A stretch of 64,000 nucleotides of DNA from Octopus sinensis (taxonomy: Eukaryota). Positions 1-11,970 of this stretch are shown here, piece after piece. A program made the position numbers and the translations under genes. Within the stretch, counting starts at the first letter, position 1. Each line of letters opens with the position of its first letter. The stretch is taken from contig NC_043001.1 of NCBI RefSeq assembly GCF_006345805.1, forward strand, positions 133,672,001-133,736,000, read 5' to 3'. A model generated the notes under the pieces. That model saw only the letters and a list, made by a program, of their open reading frames with translations. It searched no databases and was not told where the DNA came from.

Positions 1-71
1 ATGTATATATGTATGTGTGTGTATATATATGTGTGTGCGTTTGTGTGTAAAACATATATGAATAAGTAAAA

Positions 72-106
<35 letters not shown>

Positions 107-388
107 GACGTTCACGCGTATACATATATGTCGTGTATGTTTGTGTTTCTGTTTGTCTCTACATACACACCACGTGACAACTACTGTCGGTTTGTCTAGA
201 TTCCAGCAACTTGGCAGTCCGGCAAAAGAGAGTGATAGAATATGTAAGACTTCAAAAGAAAAATGTACTGGGTTGATCTGTTCCACTAAACCTTTCAAAA
301 TGGTGCCCCAGTATGACAGTTGTCCAACTGGTCACCATTGCACACTAGTGTGCAATGATGTAGCAAGTCGTGTCGCAAAAATAATATA

Positions 389-954
389 TTGGGTTGTCCG
401 GAAAGTTCGTGTCCATTTTTAAAGGAACGAAAAAGGTCAATAAATACTTGCTATTACATTTTTAATCAACCAAATATGAACCATTTTGTTGCACAATGCG
501 TCTCCATCTATCCTTTAACTTGAAAATACCCTCTTCCCAGAATTGAGGTGGTTTCATGGCAAAGAATTCATCAAAGTATTTTTTTACGTCATCCAAGGAA
601 TTGAAATTTTTACCATTAAGACAATTCTGCAGAGACCTGAATAAGTGGAAATCCGAAGGAGCAATATCTGGTGAATATGGAGGGTGGGGTAACACATCCC
701 AGCCAAGCTGCAGCAATTTTTGTCTGGTTCCCAAAGCATCAAGTGCCGAAAATGAACTTTCTTATCTTCCATTTTAAAGGGTTACAGAATTAACACAGGT
801 TATAGGAACATAAACTTTCTTCCACGAAAAGATAGCTTAAACTGTGCTCTAAATGGAGGTGTAGTCAAATTCTATTTTATGGACTCAACCATGTTCTAAA
901 ATAAGTCGAAAGGTAAGCTACTATCAATCGGCACGAACTTTCCGGACAACTCAA
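389..954 (-). mobile_element. Internally deleted mariner transposon with both TIRs and TA target duplication
   Basis: TA(387-388)+TTGGGTTGTCCGGAAAGTTCGTG at left; its near-exact reverse complement GCACGAACTTTCCGGACAACTCAA+TA(955-956) at right. Minus strand encodes transposase N-terminus MEDKKVHFRHLMLWE joined out of frame to C-terminus ...LGWDVLPHPPYSPDIAPSDFHLF... (mariner YSPDLAPSD motif). Confidence 0.92.
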
Positions 955-1009
955 TATTTCTGAAAAAGAAAATGCGAAAATAACTGAATTTCTAGATGTA
1001 AAGTACCTT

Positions 1010-1885
1010 TAAGGACAAGGCCTGAAAATTTGGGGGCTAGATGTTGGCTAACCAATTACATCGACCTCAGTGTCCAGTTGGTACGTATTTTACTGGGCCC
1101 GAAAGGATCAAAGGCAAAGTCAACCTCGGTAAAATTTGAACCCAGACATAAGGCTGGAAGAAATACCTATTTCTTTACTACCCACAAAGGGGCTAAACAC
1201 AGAGGGGACAAACAAGGACAGACATAGGTATTAAGTCGATTACATCGACCCCAGTGCGTAACTGGTACTTAATTTATCGACCCCGAAAGAATGAAAGGCA
1301 AAGTCAACCTCGGCGGAATTTGAACTCAGAACGTAACGACAGACGAAATGCCGCTAAGCATTTGAAATACCACTGAAAGAATATTGGCTGATGCGTGCTT
1401 ACAGTTTTGCCTACTCGTCCCCTTTCTAAATACATTTTAATGCGCTTTCAAATTTTGATACAAGGCCAGTAATTTCGGGGATGCAATAAGTCGATTACAT
1501 CGACCCCGGTGCTCAACTGGTACTTATTTTATCGATCTCAAAAAGATGAAAGATAGAATTTGAACTAAGAACATAAAGACGGGAAAAATGCTCAACGGCA
1601 TTTTTCCCCGAACAGTAACGATTCTGCCTGGTCGCTGCCTTAAAAACATAAAATACTGGTTTGGGATTTTGGCAAAAGGCCAGGAATTTCAGGTAAGGGG
1701 TATGTAGATTACATCAACACTAGTGCATTGTACTTACTTTATCGACCAGTACTTATTTTATTGACTATGAAAGGTTGAAAAACAAAACTGACGTCGGTGG
1801 AATTTGAACACATTACTTAAAAACGGTCAAAATGTCGCGAAGGATTTTGCTCGGAGTGCTAACGATTCTGCCAGCTCACCGCCTT
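1010..1885 (-). mobile_element. Cluster of SINE family A copies (tRNA-like head, CORE-like middle), partly decayed
   Basis: Repeated blocks ATCGACCCCGAAAGGATGAAAGGCAAAGTCGACCTCGGCGGAATTTGAACTCAG matching better copies at 22162-22393 and 31244-32012. Confidence 0.8.
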
Positions 1886-2881
1886 CGAAATAAATAAACC
1901 ATTCAAGGCAAATAGTGAAACTTAGTTATATTAAGGATGAAATTTGAACCTATTTATTTAATCTTGCTTTAAAGACGAGATGGGGATATGTTATTACATC
2001 ATGCATTGAAGATGCAACAGCATGAATTTTCTTCCAAATTTTGGAAAATGTTCTTCCATAAGTGAAAAAAAAACCGACTTGTGGTTTATATTGATAACTG
2101 TTTCGTTTCCAAAAGCAGGAACTAAATAACTTTAAAATTATCTGCAATTATTTTTATAGGTTAATAAATACATGACTGTGTGTCAGCGTGTATGTGTATA
2201 TGTGTGTATGTGTATATGTGTGCATGTGTATATGTGTGCATGTGTACATGTGTGCATGTGTATATGTGTGCATGTGTATATGCATGTATGCATATGTGTG
2301 TGCATGTGTATGTACGTATGTATTCGATTTTTATATGACTAGTGTACTATTTTGGTATTACTACAGAATCAATGACCATATACGGACGTTCTACTTTTCA
2401 TTGTACCTAAACATTCCTGAAACAAAGTCAAGGGAAAATGAAAACCTTTGAAGACTGTTCCAATCATGTTTATCCTATTTTAAAAGCATTCCAGCCATGA
2501 CGATCCATTTTAAAAGTGTTCAAACCATGACTACTCAAGTTTACAGAAATTGTAAAGACATGTGGCAAACCTCTTTAAATCGTTCCAGCTGTGACCACAC
2601 AGTCTCTTTGAGAGCATTCCAACCATGGTCGTCCCCTGTTCCATATATCACCGTCTTCTTCGAGCCATGGATAATGTAAGCCGGTGTACACTATGCCTGA
2701 AAAATAAGCTGGGACGGTCATGGCTAAGATGCTCTTGATCATCAGTCACCTGAATCAGAGCTGGCCTGGGGCTGAAAAATAACAACTAGCGATACAGTGA
2801 CAGATTCCACGGATGGGGGTAGGAATCTGTGTTTGTTTACTGCTGTTACTCAATATGCTAGAAATAGCAGCTACATTCCTA

Positions 2882-3035
2882 GCATAGCTTGCTAACCGAC
2901 CACATGGTTCCGGGTTCAGTCCCACTGCGTGGCATCTTGAGTAAGCGTCTTCTGCTATAGCCTCGGGCCGACCAAAGCCTTGTGAGTGGATTTGGTAGAC
3001 GGAAACTGAAAGAAGCCTGTCGTATATATGTATAC

Positions 3036-3067
<32 letters not shown>

Positions 3068-3282
3068 ATATGTTTGCGTATCTGTCTTTGTACCTCTAGC
3101 ATTGCTTGGCAACCGATGCTGGTGTGCTTACGTCCCCGTCACTTAGCGGTTCGGCAAAAGAGACCGATAGACTAAGTACTGGGCTTACAAAGAATAAGTC
3201 CCGGGGTCGATTTGCTCGACTAAAGGCGGTGCTCCAGCATGGCCGCAGTCAAATGACTGAAACAAGTAAAAGAGTAAAAGAG
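2882..3282 (+). mobile_element. SINE family B (tRNA head, CORE-like block, internal TA/TG microsatellite, GTAAAAGA tail), 5' truncated
   Basis: GGTTCAGTCCC B-box-like motif, internal microsatellite and (GTAAAAGA)n tail; matches many copies in the window. Confidence 0.88.
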
Positions 3283-3597
3283 TATTTTGATTAAGACCTG
3301 AAGAACAAAGGATGGAATGGTCACAATGTTTGCTTGCGACAACAGTAAATGCATGATTAATGTTTTAATTTGATCTTATTATAGAAAGTATAAGCGTTTA
3401 TACAAGGATTGTACGAACGTAAATGCGAATAAGACATAACATTTCCATTTACTCACAAATATCATTCATATCGCAAGTATCGGTAGAGTAATTCTTCTAA
3501 GTAAAGGCAAAGTCGACCTTAGCAGAATTTGAACTCAAAATGTAGGAACATTCGAAATACTGCCAAGCTTTTGACCCGATGTTTTTCTTTTGTTTTC

Positions 3598-4357
3598 TGC
3601 TATAGGCACAAGGCCCGAAATTTGGGGAAGGGGAATAATCAATTTCATCGACCCCAGTGCGTAACTGGTACTTATTTCATCGACCCCGAAAAGATGAAAG
3701 GTAAAGTCGACCTCGGCGGAATTTGAACTCAGAACGTAGCGACAGGCGAAATACCTATTTCTTTACTGCCCACAAGGGACTACACACAGAGGGGACAAAC
3801 AAGGACAGACAAACGGATTAAGTCGATTATATCGACCCCAGTTCGCAACTGGTACTTACTTAATCGACCCCGAAAGGATGAAAGGCAAAGTCGACCTCGG
3901 CGGAATTTGAACTCAGAACGTAGCGACAGGCGAAATACCTATTTTTTTACTGCCCACAAGGGGCTACCCACAGAGAGGACAAACAAGGACAGACAAACGG
4001 ATTAAGTCGATTATATCGACCCCAGTGCGTAACTGGTACTTACTTAATCGACCCCGAAAGGATGAAAGGCAAAGTCGACCTCGGCGGAATTTGAACTCAG
4101 AACGTAGCGACAGGCGAAATACCTATTTTTTTTACTGCATACAAGGGGCTACCCACAGAGAGGACAAACAAGGACAGACAAACGGATTAAGTCGATTATA
4201 TCGACCCCAGTGCGTAACTGGTACTTACTTAATCGACCCTGAATGGATGAAAGGCAAAGTCGACTTCGGCGGAATTTGAACTCAGAACGTAGCTGCAGAC
4301 GAAATACCGCTAAACATTTCGTCCAGCGTGCTAACGATTCTGCCAGCTCGCCGCCTT
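3598..4357 (-). mobile_element. Tandem multimer of SINE family A (about 184-bp units)
   Basis: GAAATACC motif at 3748, 3932, 4116 and 4301; complete head only at the 4301-4357 end. Confidence 0.9.
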
Positions 4358-5110
4358 CAAAATATATAAAATATTCAAGGCAAATAGTGAAACTTAGTTG
4401 TATTAAGGATAGAATTTGAGCCTATTTATCTAATCATGCTTTAAAGACGAAATGGGGATGTGTTATTATATGGTGCATTGAAGATGCTATAGCAGGAATG
4501 TTTTTCCAAATTATGGAAATCTGACTCATGTTTAATATTGATGACTGTTTCGTTTTCAAAATCAAGAACTAAATAATTTTAAAATTATCTGCAATTATTT
4601 TTATAGGTTAATAAATACATGTCTGTGTGTCAGTGTGTATGTGTATATGTGTGCATGGGCGTGTATGCATGTATGCATGTATATGTGAGCATGTGTATGT
4701 ATGTATGTATGTATGTATTATGTATGTATGTATGTATGTATGTATGTATGTATGTATGTATACTATTTTTATATGGTGGAATACCATTTTTCGACGGATA
4801 GGGGTGAGAATATATGTTTGTTTACTGGTATCATTCAATATGCTAGAAATAGCAGCTGCATTTCTCAACGTAAATTTTCTTGTTAAAATATAGAGGAAAT
4901 CAAAACCGTATTTTGATTAAGACCTAAAATATAAAGGTTGGTTCCGACATATAAAGGTCTCAGTGCTTGCTTCTGACAGCATTATGTACATGATTAATGT
5001 TTTAATTATAATTTGATCTTATTACCGTTTCGTTTCCAAAATCATGGACTAAATAACTTTAAAATCATATGCAATTATTTTTATAGATCAATAGATACAT
5101 ATCTGTGAGT

Positions 5111-5235
<125 letters not shown>

Positions 5236-5359
5236 GCTCGACATAGAATTCATCTCAAGCAATGCCTTTGCACAACTGTCGAACCCAAGACTCGAAAACT
5301 CTTTCAAAAAGTTCGCCACAGACACGATAGATTTGTACCTATGTGGTTATATTGGTTTA

Positions 5360-6419
5360 CAGGGTTCGATGGATAAATTGTCGGCATTTAATATTTTTGA
5401 TTTCGCGCATGCGCATTGTTTGTTTTTGTTTTGTCGACTACACAGTATGGTAGGATCAATTAGGCACCGTCTATAAGAAAAACAGCACCGTGACGCAATT
5501 CACTCTGACAGAAATTTGGAAACGACATGCTGTACTGCTTGGCATTCGCGCCGGAAGCTCAATTCCGAATATTTCGGAGTGTTCGGGTGTCAATACGAGG
5601 ACATGAACCGAGAGTGATAAAAATCAAACATCCAGTCAACATCATAGTATTTGGAGTGATCACTAGTGATGACAATTCTACTATATGGCTCAGAAACCTG
5701 GACGTTATCAAAGAAGCTTGAGAGGCAGTTGGATGGAACCTACACTCGCCTCCTTATGAGAGCTCAAAATCTCTCGTGGAAGCGCCATCCAACCAAAATG
5801 CAAATATATGGGAAACTACCACCTGTGTCATCTCTTGTGAAAGGTAGGAGAGTCCAGTTTGCTGGACATTGTTGTAGAGCTGAAAAAGAAGTAATTTCTA
5901 CTCTTCTCCTCTGGAAGCCATCTACTCGCAATACCAGAGGCACACACTCTCCTACCCTGATGTAATCTCCAGGGATACAGGCATCCAGCAACAGGACCTC
6001 CGTAATGCCATGATGGACCGTGAAGTCTGGCGTAGCATGGTAAATTCCATTGTCTCGACCACGGTCGAACAATGATGAATGAGTGATGCCTCCAGACTGC
6101 AACCCCATTGATATTTGTGTAGGGCGCAGTTGAGCGAGAGACCAACAAAACTCCTTGTAACACCAAAGATCAACTGATGGCAAGGATTATGGCAGCATTC
6201 ACCAACTTAAACAAGCAGTCCGTCCAGAAGCGTTGCAGAAGATTCTGAAGTCGTCCGGAGGCCGTGGTTGAAGTCAATGGCGATTTTCTTGAATAAATTT
6301 ACTCATTAGTATTTCAAGATGTTTTAATGTAATTTTGGTAAAGATATCTGTTAAAATGAGATGTCAGTGTTATTTTCATTTCTGCATAATTTAGACGACA
6401 GTTTATTCACTGCACCCTG
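5360..6419 (+). mobile_element. Internally deleted Tc1/mariner (maT/DD37D-like) element interrupted by an RTE LINE
   Basis: Imperfect TIRs CAGGGTTCGATGGATAAATTGTCG / CGACAGTTTATTCACTGCACCCTG (19/24). Decayed transposase segments ...IKIKHPVNIIVFGVITSD | VMP-PDCNPIDIC...ERETNKTPCNTKDQLMARIMAAFTNLNK...EAVVEVNGDFLE*. Subfamily call is from recalled motifs. Confidence 0.75.
5672..6081 (+). mobile_element. 5'-truncated RTE-clade LINE (family 1), 3' end
   Basis: ILLYGSETWTL...RRVQFAGHCCR post-RT motifs, short TGA tail, flanked by AGTGATG duplication (5665-5671 and 6082-6088); near-identical to 47381-47918. Confidence 0.9.
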
Positions 6420-6699
6420 GACATTTACCAGCTTCATACTACGCATAAATATTACTCTTTTTATAGGTTAAACTTATTGTTCTTTTTAAAAAAAAAAAAT
6501 GATCTGTGTACGTCTCATATTGCCTTGTATATTTAAATTATAAGTGGTAATTATACACGGGCGCGCATACGTACACACATGCATACATACATACATACAT
6601 ACATACATACATACATACAATCTGTGTGTGTGTGTGTGTGTGTGTGTGTTGTGTGTGTGTGTGGTGTGTGTGTTTGTGTGTGTGTGATAAGAAGTTTCC

Positions 6700-6963
6700 T
6701 TTCCAACTATTTGGTTCCGGGTTCAGTCTCACTGTGTGACGCCTAGGATAAGTACCTTCTACTATAGACCTGGGATGGCTTATGACTTGTGAGCAATGTT
6801 GGCGGAAACTGTGTAACAGCCCGTTATAGGTAAGTAGGTAGGTAGATAGGTAGGTAGGTAGATAGGTAGGTAGGTATGTAGGTAGGTAGGTAGGTAGGTA
6901 GGTAGGTAGGTAGGTAGGTAGGTAGGTAGGTAGGTAGGTAGGTAGGTAGGTAGGTAGAGACAC

Positions 6964-7037
<74 letters not shown>

Positions 7038-7038
7038 G

Positions 7039-7104
<66 letters not shown>

Positions 7105-7200
7105 GTACCTTTATGTTTGTCCTCACTCCACTTGATAGCCGGCGTTGACTCGTTTACATCCCCGTAAGAGAGAGCGATAGAATAAGTACCAGACTTGCTG
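6700..7200 (+). mobile_element. Decayed SINE family B whose internal microsatellite is an expanded (GGTA)n(GATA)n array
   Basis: GGTTCCGGGTTCAGTC head, ...GGCGGAAACTG..., then tetranucleotide arrays 6830-7100, then GATAGAATAAGTACCAG from the family B 3' half. Confidence 0.7.
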
Positions 7201-7227
7201 AAGCCAATTTGTTTCATAAAAGATGTG

Positions 7228-7258
<31 letters not shown>

Positions 7259-7279
7259 TGTGTGCGCGTGCATGCATGC

Positions 7280-7331
<52 letters not shown>

Positions 7332-7559
7332 ATATGTATGTATATATATATATGTGTATATATGTATATGTGTATATATATATATACTATGTAATAATTA
7401 AGTAGCTTTCCTGCATTAAACTGCATTCTGTATATTGCGTCCGACTCCTGTTGCAGGTGCGCAACATCTCCATGGTTTTATATCCTCTCAGAGACTTTTG
7501 TATCGTCTGCATAGCTACTAGCAAGGATCGCTATCTGAACAGCTGAAGGTATGTCTAAG

Positions 7560-8135
7560 AGGGCCACTATAAATAGCAGCAAAATGACAGTGGAGCTAAA
7601 CCATCAAGCATACCAAACCTATCTCAATCAAAACCGTTCGTCGTGATGTCCACAAAGCTGGATACCAAAGGAGAGCTGCACTTGCTAAACCTCTCCTGTT
7701 CCCCCATGAACACTGACAAGCGAGGAAACTGATGGTTAAACCACCAGAAGTAGTCAATGGTTCAGTGGAACAATGTTAACTCTGATGAATCATCATTCAC
7801 CATTTTCCCCACGTCGAGCAAGTTTATGCTTGGAGATACCCTAAGAAGCCTTCAGTCCTGACTTCTTGATCCCTATCATGAAGTATGGAGCTGGCTCTGT
7901 GAGGATTTGAGCAGCCATATCACGGAGTTCGCTTGGCCCTTTAGTTGTTCTACAAAGCAGAGTTAACGCCCAGGATTAGCGGAATATTTTGGCTAATCCT
8001 GTCCATCCTATGGCACAAACATTATTCCGTGATGGTGCTACAATTTTGCAGTATAATGAATTGATTCACACGGCTAAAGTCATTCAAAATTGGCATTAAG
8101 AGCACTAAAGTGAAGTAGACCACTTTGATTGTAAA
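7560..8135 (+). pseudogene. Degenerate Tc1-family transposase
   Basis: Frame-shifted translation: KTVRRDVHKAGY..AKPLL, SDESSFTIF, MKYGAGSVRI*AAIS, LFRDGATILQ..IHTAKVIQNWH (Tc1 catalytic-domain motifs). Confidence 0.8.
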
Positions 8136-8456
8136 TATCAAGAATTCCGGTGTAATTTCGAAGAAATGGAGATGTAATAATACATTATGACCTACTTGCA
8201 ATACGAAATGAAAACGAATGACTAATAACTACAGAAGTGTTACTGCAGTACTTGCACACATAAGCAGTCAATTATTTCCACTGACTTTTATACATAATAT
8301 GGATCTTTTCTGTTGCTATAAGTTTTTTTTTTTCTGTCTTCAAATTTGGTGCAACGGTTTAGTTTTATGTGCTAATTATGAAAATGAAATTCATATTGGC
8401 CATAAATTAGTAAATAAAATGTTAATAGCTTTTAAAATTGGCAAATTTTGAGTAAT

Positions 8457-8497
<41 letters not shown>

Positions 8498-8871
8498 GTG
8501 TATAATATATATATATAGTACAGAGTAAGATAGGGGTTATGAGGGTAATCCACTATGGGATATTAGTTATCCAATATACTGCTGGTGAAATATCCAAATA
8601 CTAAATACATAAATGGTTATAATTGCAATGCAATTAATTCATTTATTAAGGTGGATTACCTCTTGACCATAGAATGAAACAGCTGTAAGGAGCAGTTTAT
8701 TTGCATTATTTTATTGTACTATTAATTTGCATATTGATGTATATTGTTTTGTTCGATTTTCATGTTCCTATTTATATAATTAATAAATAATATGAAATTG
8801 TAATATCTGTAAGTTGATGATCGAAATGAATTTGTTCCTCCATTTTCTTATTTGTGTATATATATACGTAT

Positions 8872-9140
8872 GCGGGGGTGCATGGCCTAGTTGTTATCGC
8901 GTTGCACTCACAGTCCAAATGGTGCGTTGTGTTCTTCAACAAGTCACTTCATTTCACATTGCTCTGCGACCACTTCCACACCTGACGCGTGGTACACAGT
9001 GCACCTGTTCAAACAACGTCGATTTGATTGAAGGGGTGAGCTAATGTGTGGCACGAACATTTTGACCACTATAAACAAATAATTTGTGCAGGTCGTTCTG
9101 CAAAAGCTGAACGCTCATACATCGTCTTCGACTGGAGAGG
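8872..9140 (+). mobile_element. Older tRNA-headed SINE-like repeat (family E)
   Basis: TGGCCTAGTTG A-box-like head followed by a CORE-like block (AAGTCACTTCATTTCACATTGCTC); only one clear copy here. Confidence 0.5.
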
Positions 9141-10045
9141 GATCTTTTCATTTTGAAGGCCAGATTTTCCTAGTTAACTAAACAATTTGAAACTTCGTAT
9201 ACTGGTAGAATGTGTCAAAAGAAAACATTATTGTAAACAAAATTGAAAACAAAAATGAAAAGATCCCTGGAGAGTCCATCATATATATTTGTATGTGTGT
9301 GTTTTTGCGCCTTTGTTTGTCCCCACCACCACCACCAATATAGGTGTGTTTACGTTCCCGTAACCTAGCGGTTCGGCAAAACAAACTGGTAAAATAAAGT
9401 ACCAGGCTTAACAAAAAAAGTACTGGAGTTCATTTATTCGATTAAAAATTCTTCAGGACCGCAATCAGACTGAAACAAGTAAAAGATATTGGATGGCTGC
9501 CAAATAAATAAATACACGTAAGTTGCTTACATATTTTTCTATGCGAATAAAGCATATACAGTACGAATTAGTTTTATTTTCCTCCCTTTAGTAACCAATA
9601 TCTAGTTTTCGTATTGGTATTTCCAATAAGCACGATGTGCTTTGATTTATAAATTTCCCATACTTTAGAAATTACGCCGAAATTCTCCCGGTTTATGATC
9701 CCGTTTATTAAATGTACAAAATCTAGGTTAACTATTATATATTGAGATGTTCAGACACTCAACACTTATAAACGCTTTCCTCTACATAAAACTTTAGCAG
9801 GGAAATGCCCTTGTTTTGTACGCCGCCTACTCGTTTACTGATACAAAATATAGATTATAATAATTGTAATTTTCGCGTGGATTTTTACACTAACAATTGT
9901 CATATTGAGTTTGCGGTTTGTGTGGTTGTGTCTGTTGCTCATGGCGGTGGTGGTGATGGCGGTCGTGACGGCGGCGGCGTGAGTGTGTGTGTACTCACAG
10001 CAGATGTACAACAGCAGCAGCAGCAGCGCCGCCGCTGCAGGCGCC

Positions 10046-10330
10046 ATCACCGTCATCACAGATGTGTGGCCTAGTAGTTAGGGTGTTGCACTCACGATCG
10101 CTAGACCGAGCGGCGCGTTGTTTTCTTATACAAAATACTTCGTTTTCTTATACAAAATACTTCGTTTTACGTTGCTCAAGTCGAGTCAGCTGCAAATGAG
10201 AAACCTTGCAATATAAATGAGTAACCTTGCGATGGCTTCATTCGAAAGATGAAATTATGCAAACCGCACTGTGACCTGTAATGCATAACAACACCCGATA
10301 GTCTGGTCGTGGTCGATCACGCGATCACGT
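10046..10330 (+). mobile_element. tRNA-headed SINE-like repeat (family F) sharing its 3' tail with some family C copies
   Basis: TGGCCTAGTAGTTAGG head; tail ...ATGCAAACCGCACTGTGACC...CTGGTCG...ATCACG resembles tails at 15151-15240 and 39940-40002. Confidence 0.55.
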
Positions 10331-10340
10331 TATATATATA

Positions 10341-10708
10341 CTAGCAGTATCGCCCGGCGTTGCTCGGGTTTGTAAGGGAAATAACTATAAAGCATTTTTC
10401 GAGAGTTATAGCCAAAAACTGGAAAAAAAATGATGGTAAATTTTTTTTTAGTTAAAAAGGTCGAGTTGCGTCCCCTAGACAGTCTGTGGTTTGTGTTTCT
10501 GATTCTCGACCCCATGTCGAATTTATCGATTTTTTTCAGAACTGGGGGAACTTTTCAAAATTTTCGCTGCGTTAGTTTTGAATTATGACATTGGCTATGT
10601 GTGTGTCAAGTTTCATCAGAATCGGTTGAAAGCCGTGGTCAGGGTGAGGGTACAACCTAACAGACACACAGAAACACACACAGACAAACTGCCGTTTATA
10701 TATAGAGA
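10341..10708 (-). mobile_element. Non-autonomous Helitron
   Basis: Minus strand starts TCTCTATATATAAACGG and ends hairpin CCCGAGCAACGCCGGG + CGATACTG + CTAG; inserted between A and T with no TSD. Confidence 0.88.
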
Positions 10709-10889
10709 TATATATATATATGACCCCCAGGACTTATTCATTGTAAGCACGCGAACATTGACTGTCAAGCGATGGTGGGAGGACAAACACAGACACAAAG
10801 ATATTTTTCGTCTGCACACCCTTTCATTTTGCCACCACCACTCACACACGCACACATACACACTACCTCTGTTCACTTCCCACTATTTT

Positions 10890-11240
10890 TACTTCTCACC
10901 ACGACTCCACCCGAGCATTGCTGACTTGAAGAGTTCCGTCGAACACCTGCAAGTCAAATGTGGAGCGGATCTGGTTATCAGCTGAGTCCATTATAAAGAT
11001 CGTACCACCGCCTTCCTTTGGCTGAGAAGGTTGAGCTGTTTAGGCGAAAGAGGCCATGTGAGGACCAGGCTGTAAGATCTGAAGACGTGCACCTTCCTCT
11101 TTGGTCAAGCCCTCGTCGACTTTTTTCAAGTTACACATGAAAAAGACAATGAGGGTAAACTAGGAAATACTGGCCCTGGGGAAATTTGTTGAAATGTGGA
11201 TGAGAGTGGCGAGCATGGTCTGGGCGGCCGGGCCTTCTCC
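10890..11240 (+). mobile_element. Possible L1/Tx1-type LINE ORF2 C-terminal remnant
   Basis: Broken translation ...AFLWLRRLSCLGERG...FLFGQALVDFF...KFVEMWMRVASMV resembles L1-type C-termini as recalled; not verified. Confidence 0.35.
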
Positions 11241-11245
11241 GAGCA

Positions 11246-11606
11246 TCTCTATATATGTAAACGGCAAAATGTCTGTGTGTGTGTCCTTTATACAAATCCA
11301 CAATTTTTTAGTTAGAGGGCTCGCACTTTCTATGGTCATTCAAAACCGTCCAAGAGTGGCCATGCACATCTTTACATTTCCCCAGTCGCCCCGCAAAGCC
11401 ATTAAAAAATCAATAGAAGTGACATTTCTGTGAATTTTTTAACCAAAACCCAATCAAAATGCTCGAAACTTGATACGCCAATTGAATGCCAGCTAGCTGT
11501 ATGTGATTGGTCGGAGATTTGGACAGCACTCACGTGTATGTGCGCACGCACACAGCTGTATATGCATGCACTAGCAGTATGGCCCGGCAACGCCGGGTCT
11601 TGTTAC
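11246..11606 (+). mobile_element. Non-autonomous Helitron-like element with atypical 3' end
   Basis: A|TCTCTATATATGTAAACGGC 5' end shared with the 10341-10708 element; terminal hairpin CCCGGCAACGCCGGG at 11583-11597. Confidence 0.65.
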
Positions 11607-11970
11607 ATATCTTTTCCTGAATAACAAAGCTCCCAGGAAGACCAGAGGAGAGAGGTAATTGTGTTTGTCAGTAATTAGTGGATGCAAAGTTAGATTGGAA
11701 GGGTTTAAGATAATGAGGATGAGGAAGTTAAAATAATTAGTCATTGAGATAACATATTTTTTCTTCTGTGCATAGTTATTTCAAAATACAATAATGTTTG
11801 TTGGTCACACCATTAATTTTATTGGTATTGTCAAAACCAGAAGTCAAACTGCAGCATCCAGATAATTATGGAGCCTTATAGGGATGTTAAAATTTGTGTG
11901 CAATAAATTGGTTATACTTCTACAATACATAAAATATTTTAACAATTTTTTGTAATATATTTCCTAGTAT

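Noticed and set aside
8655-8695. GAAACAGCTGTA, a hammerhead-like 3' half with palindromic stem III
   Set aside because: The upstream core reads TTGACCA instead of CTGANGA and stems I and II do not pair; at most a dead remnant.
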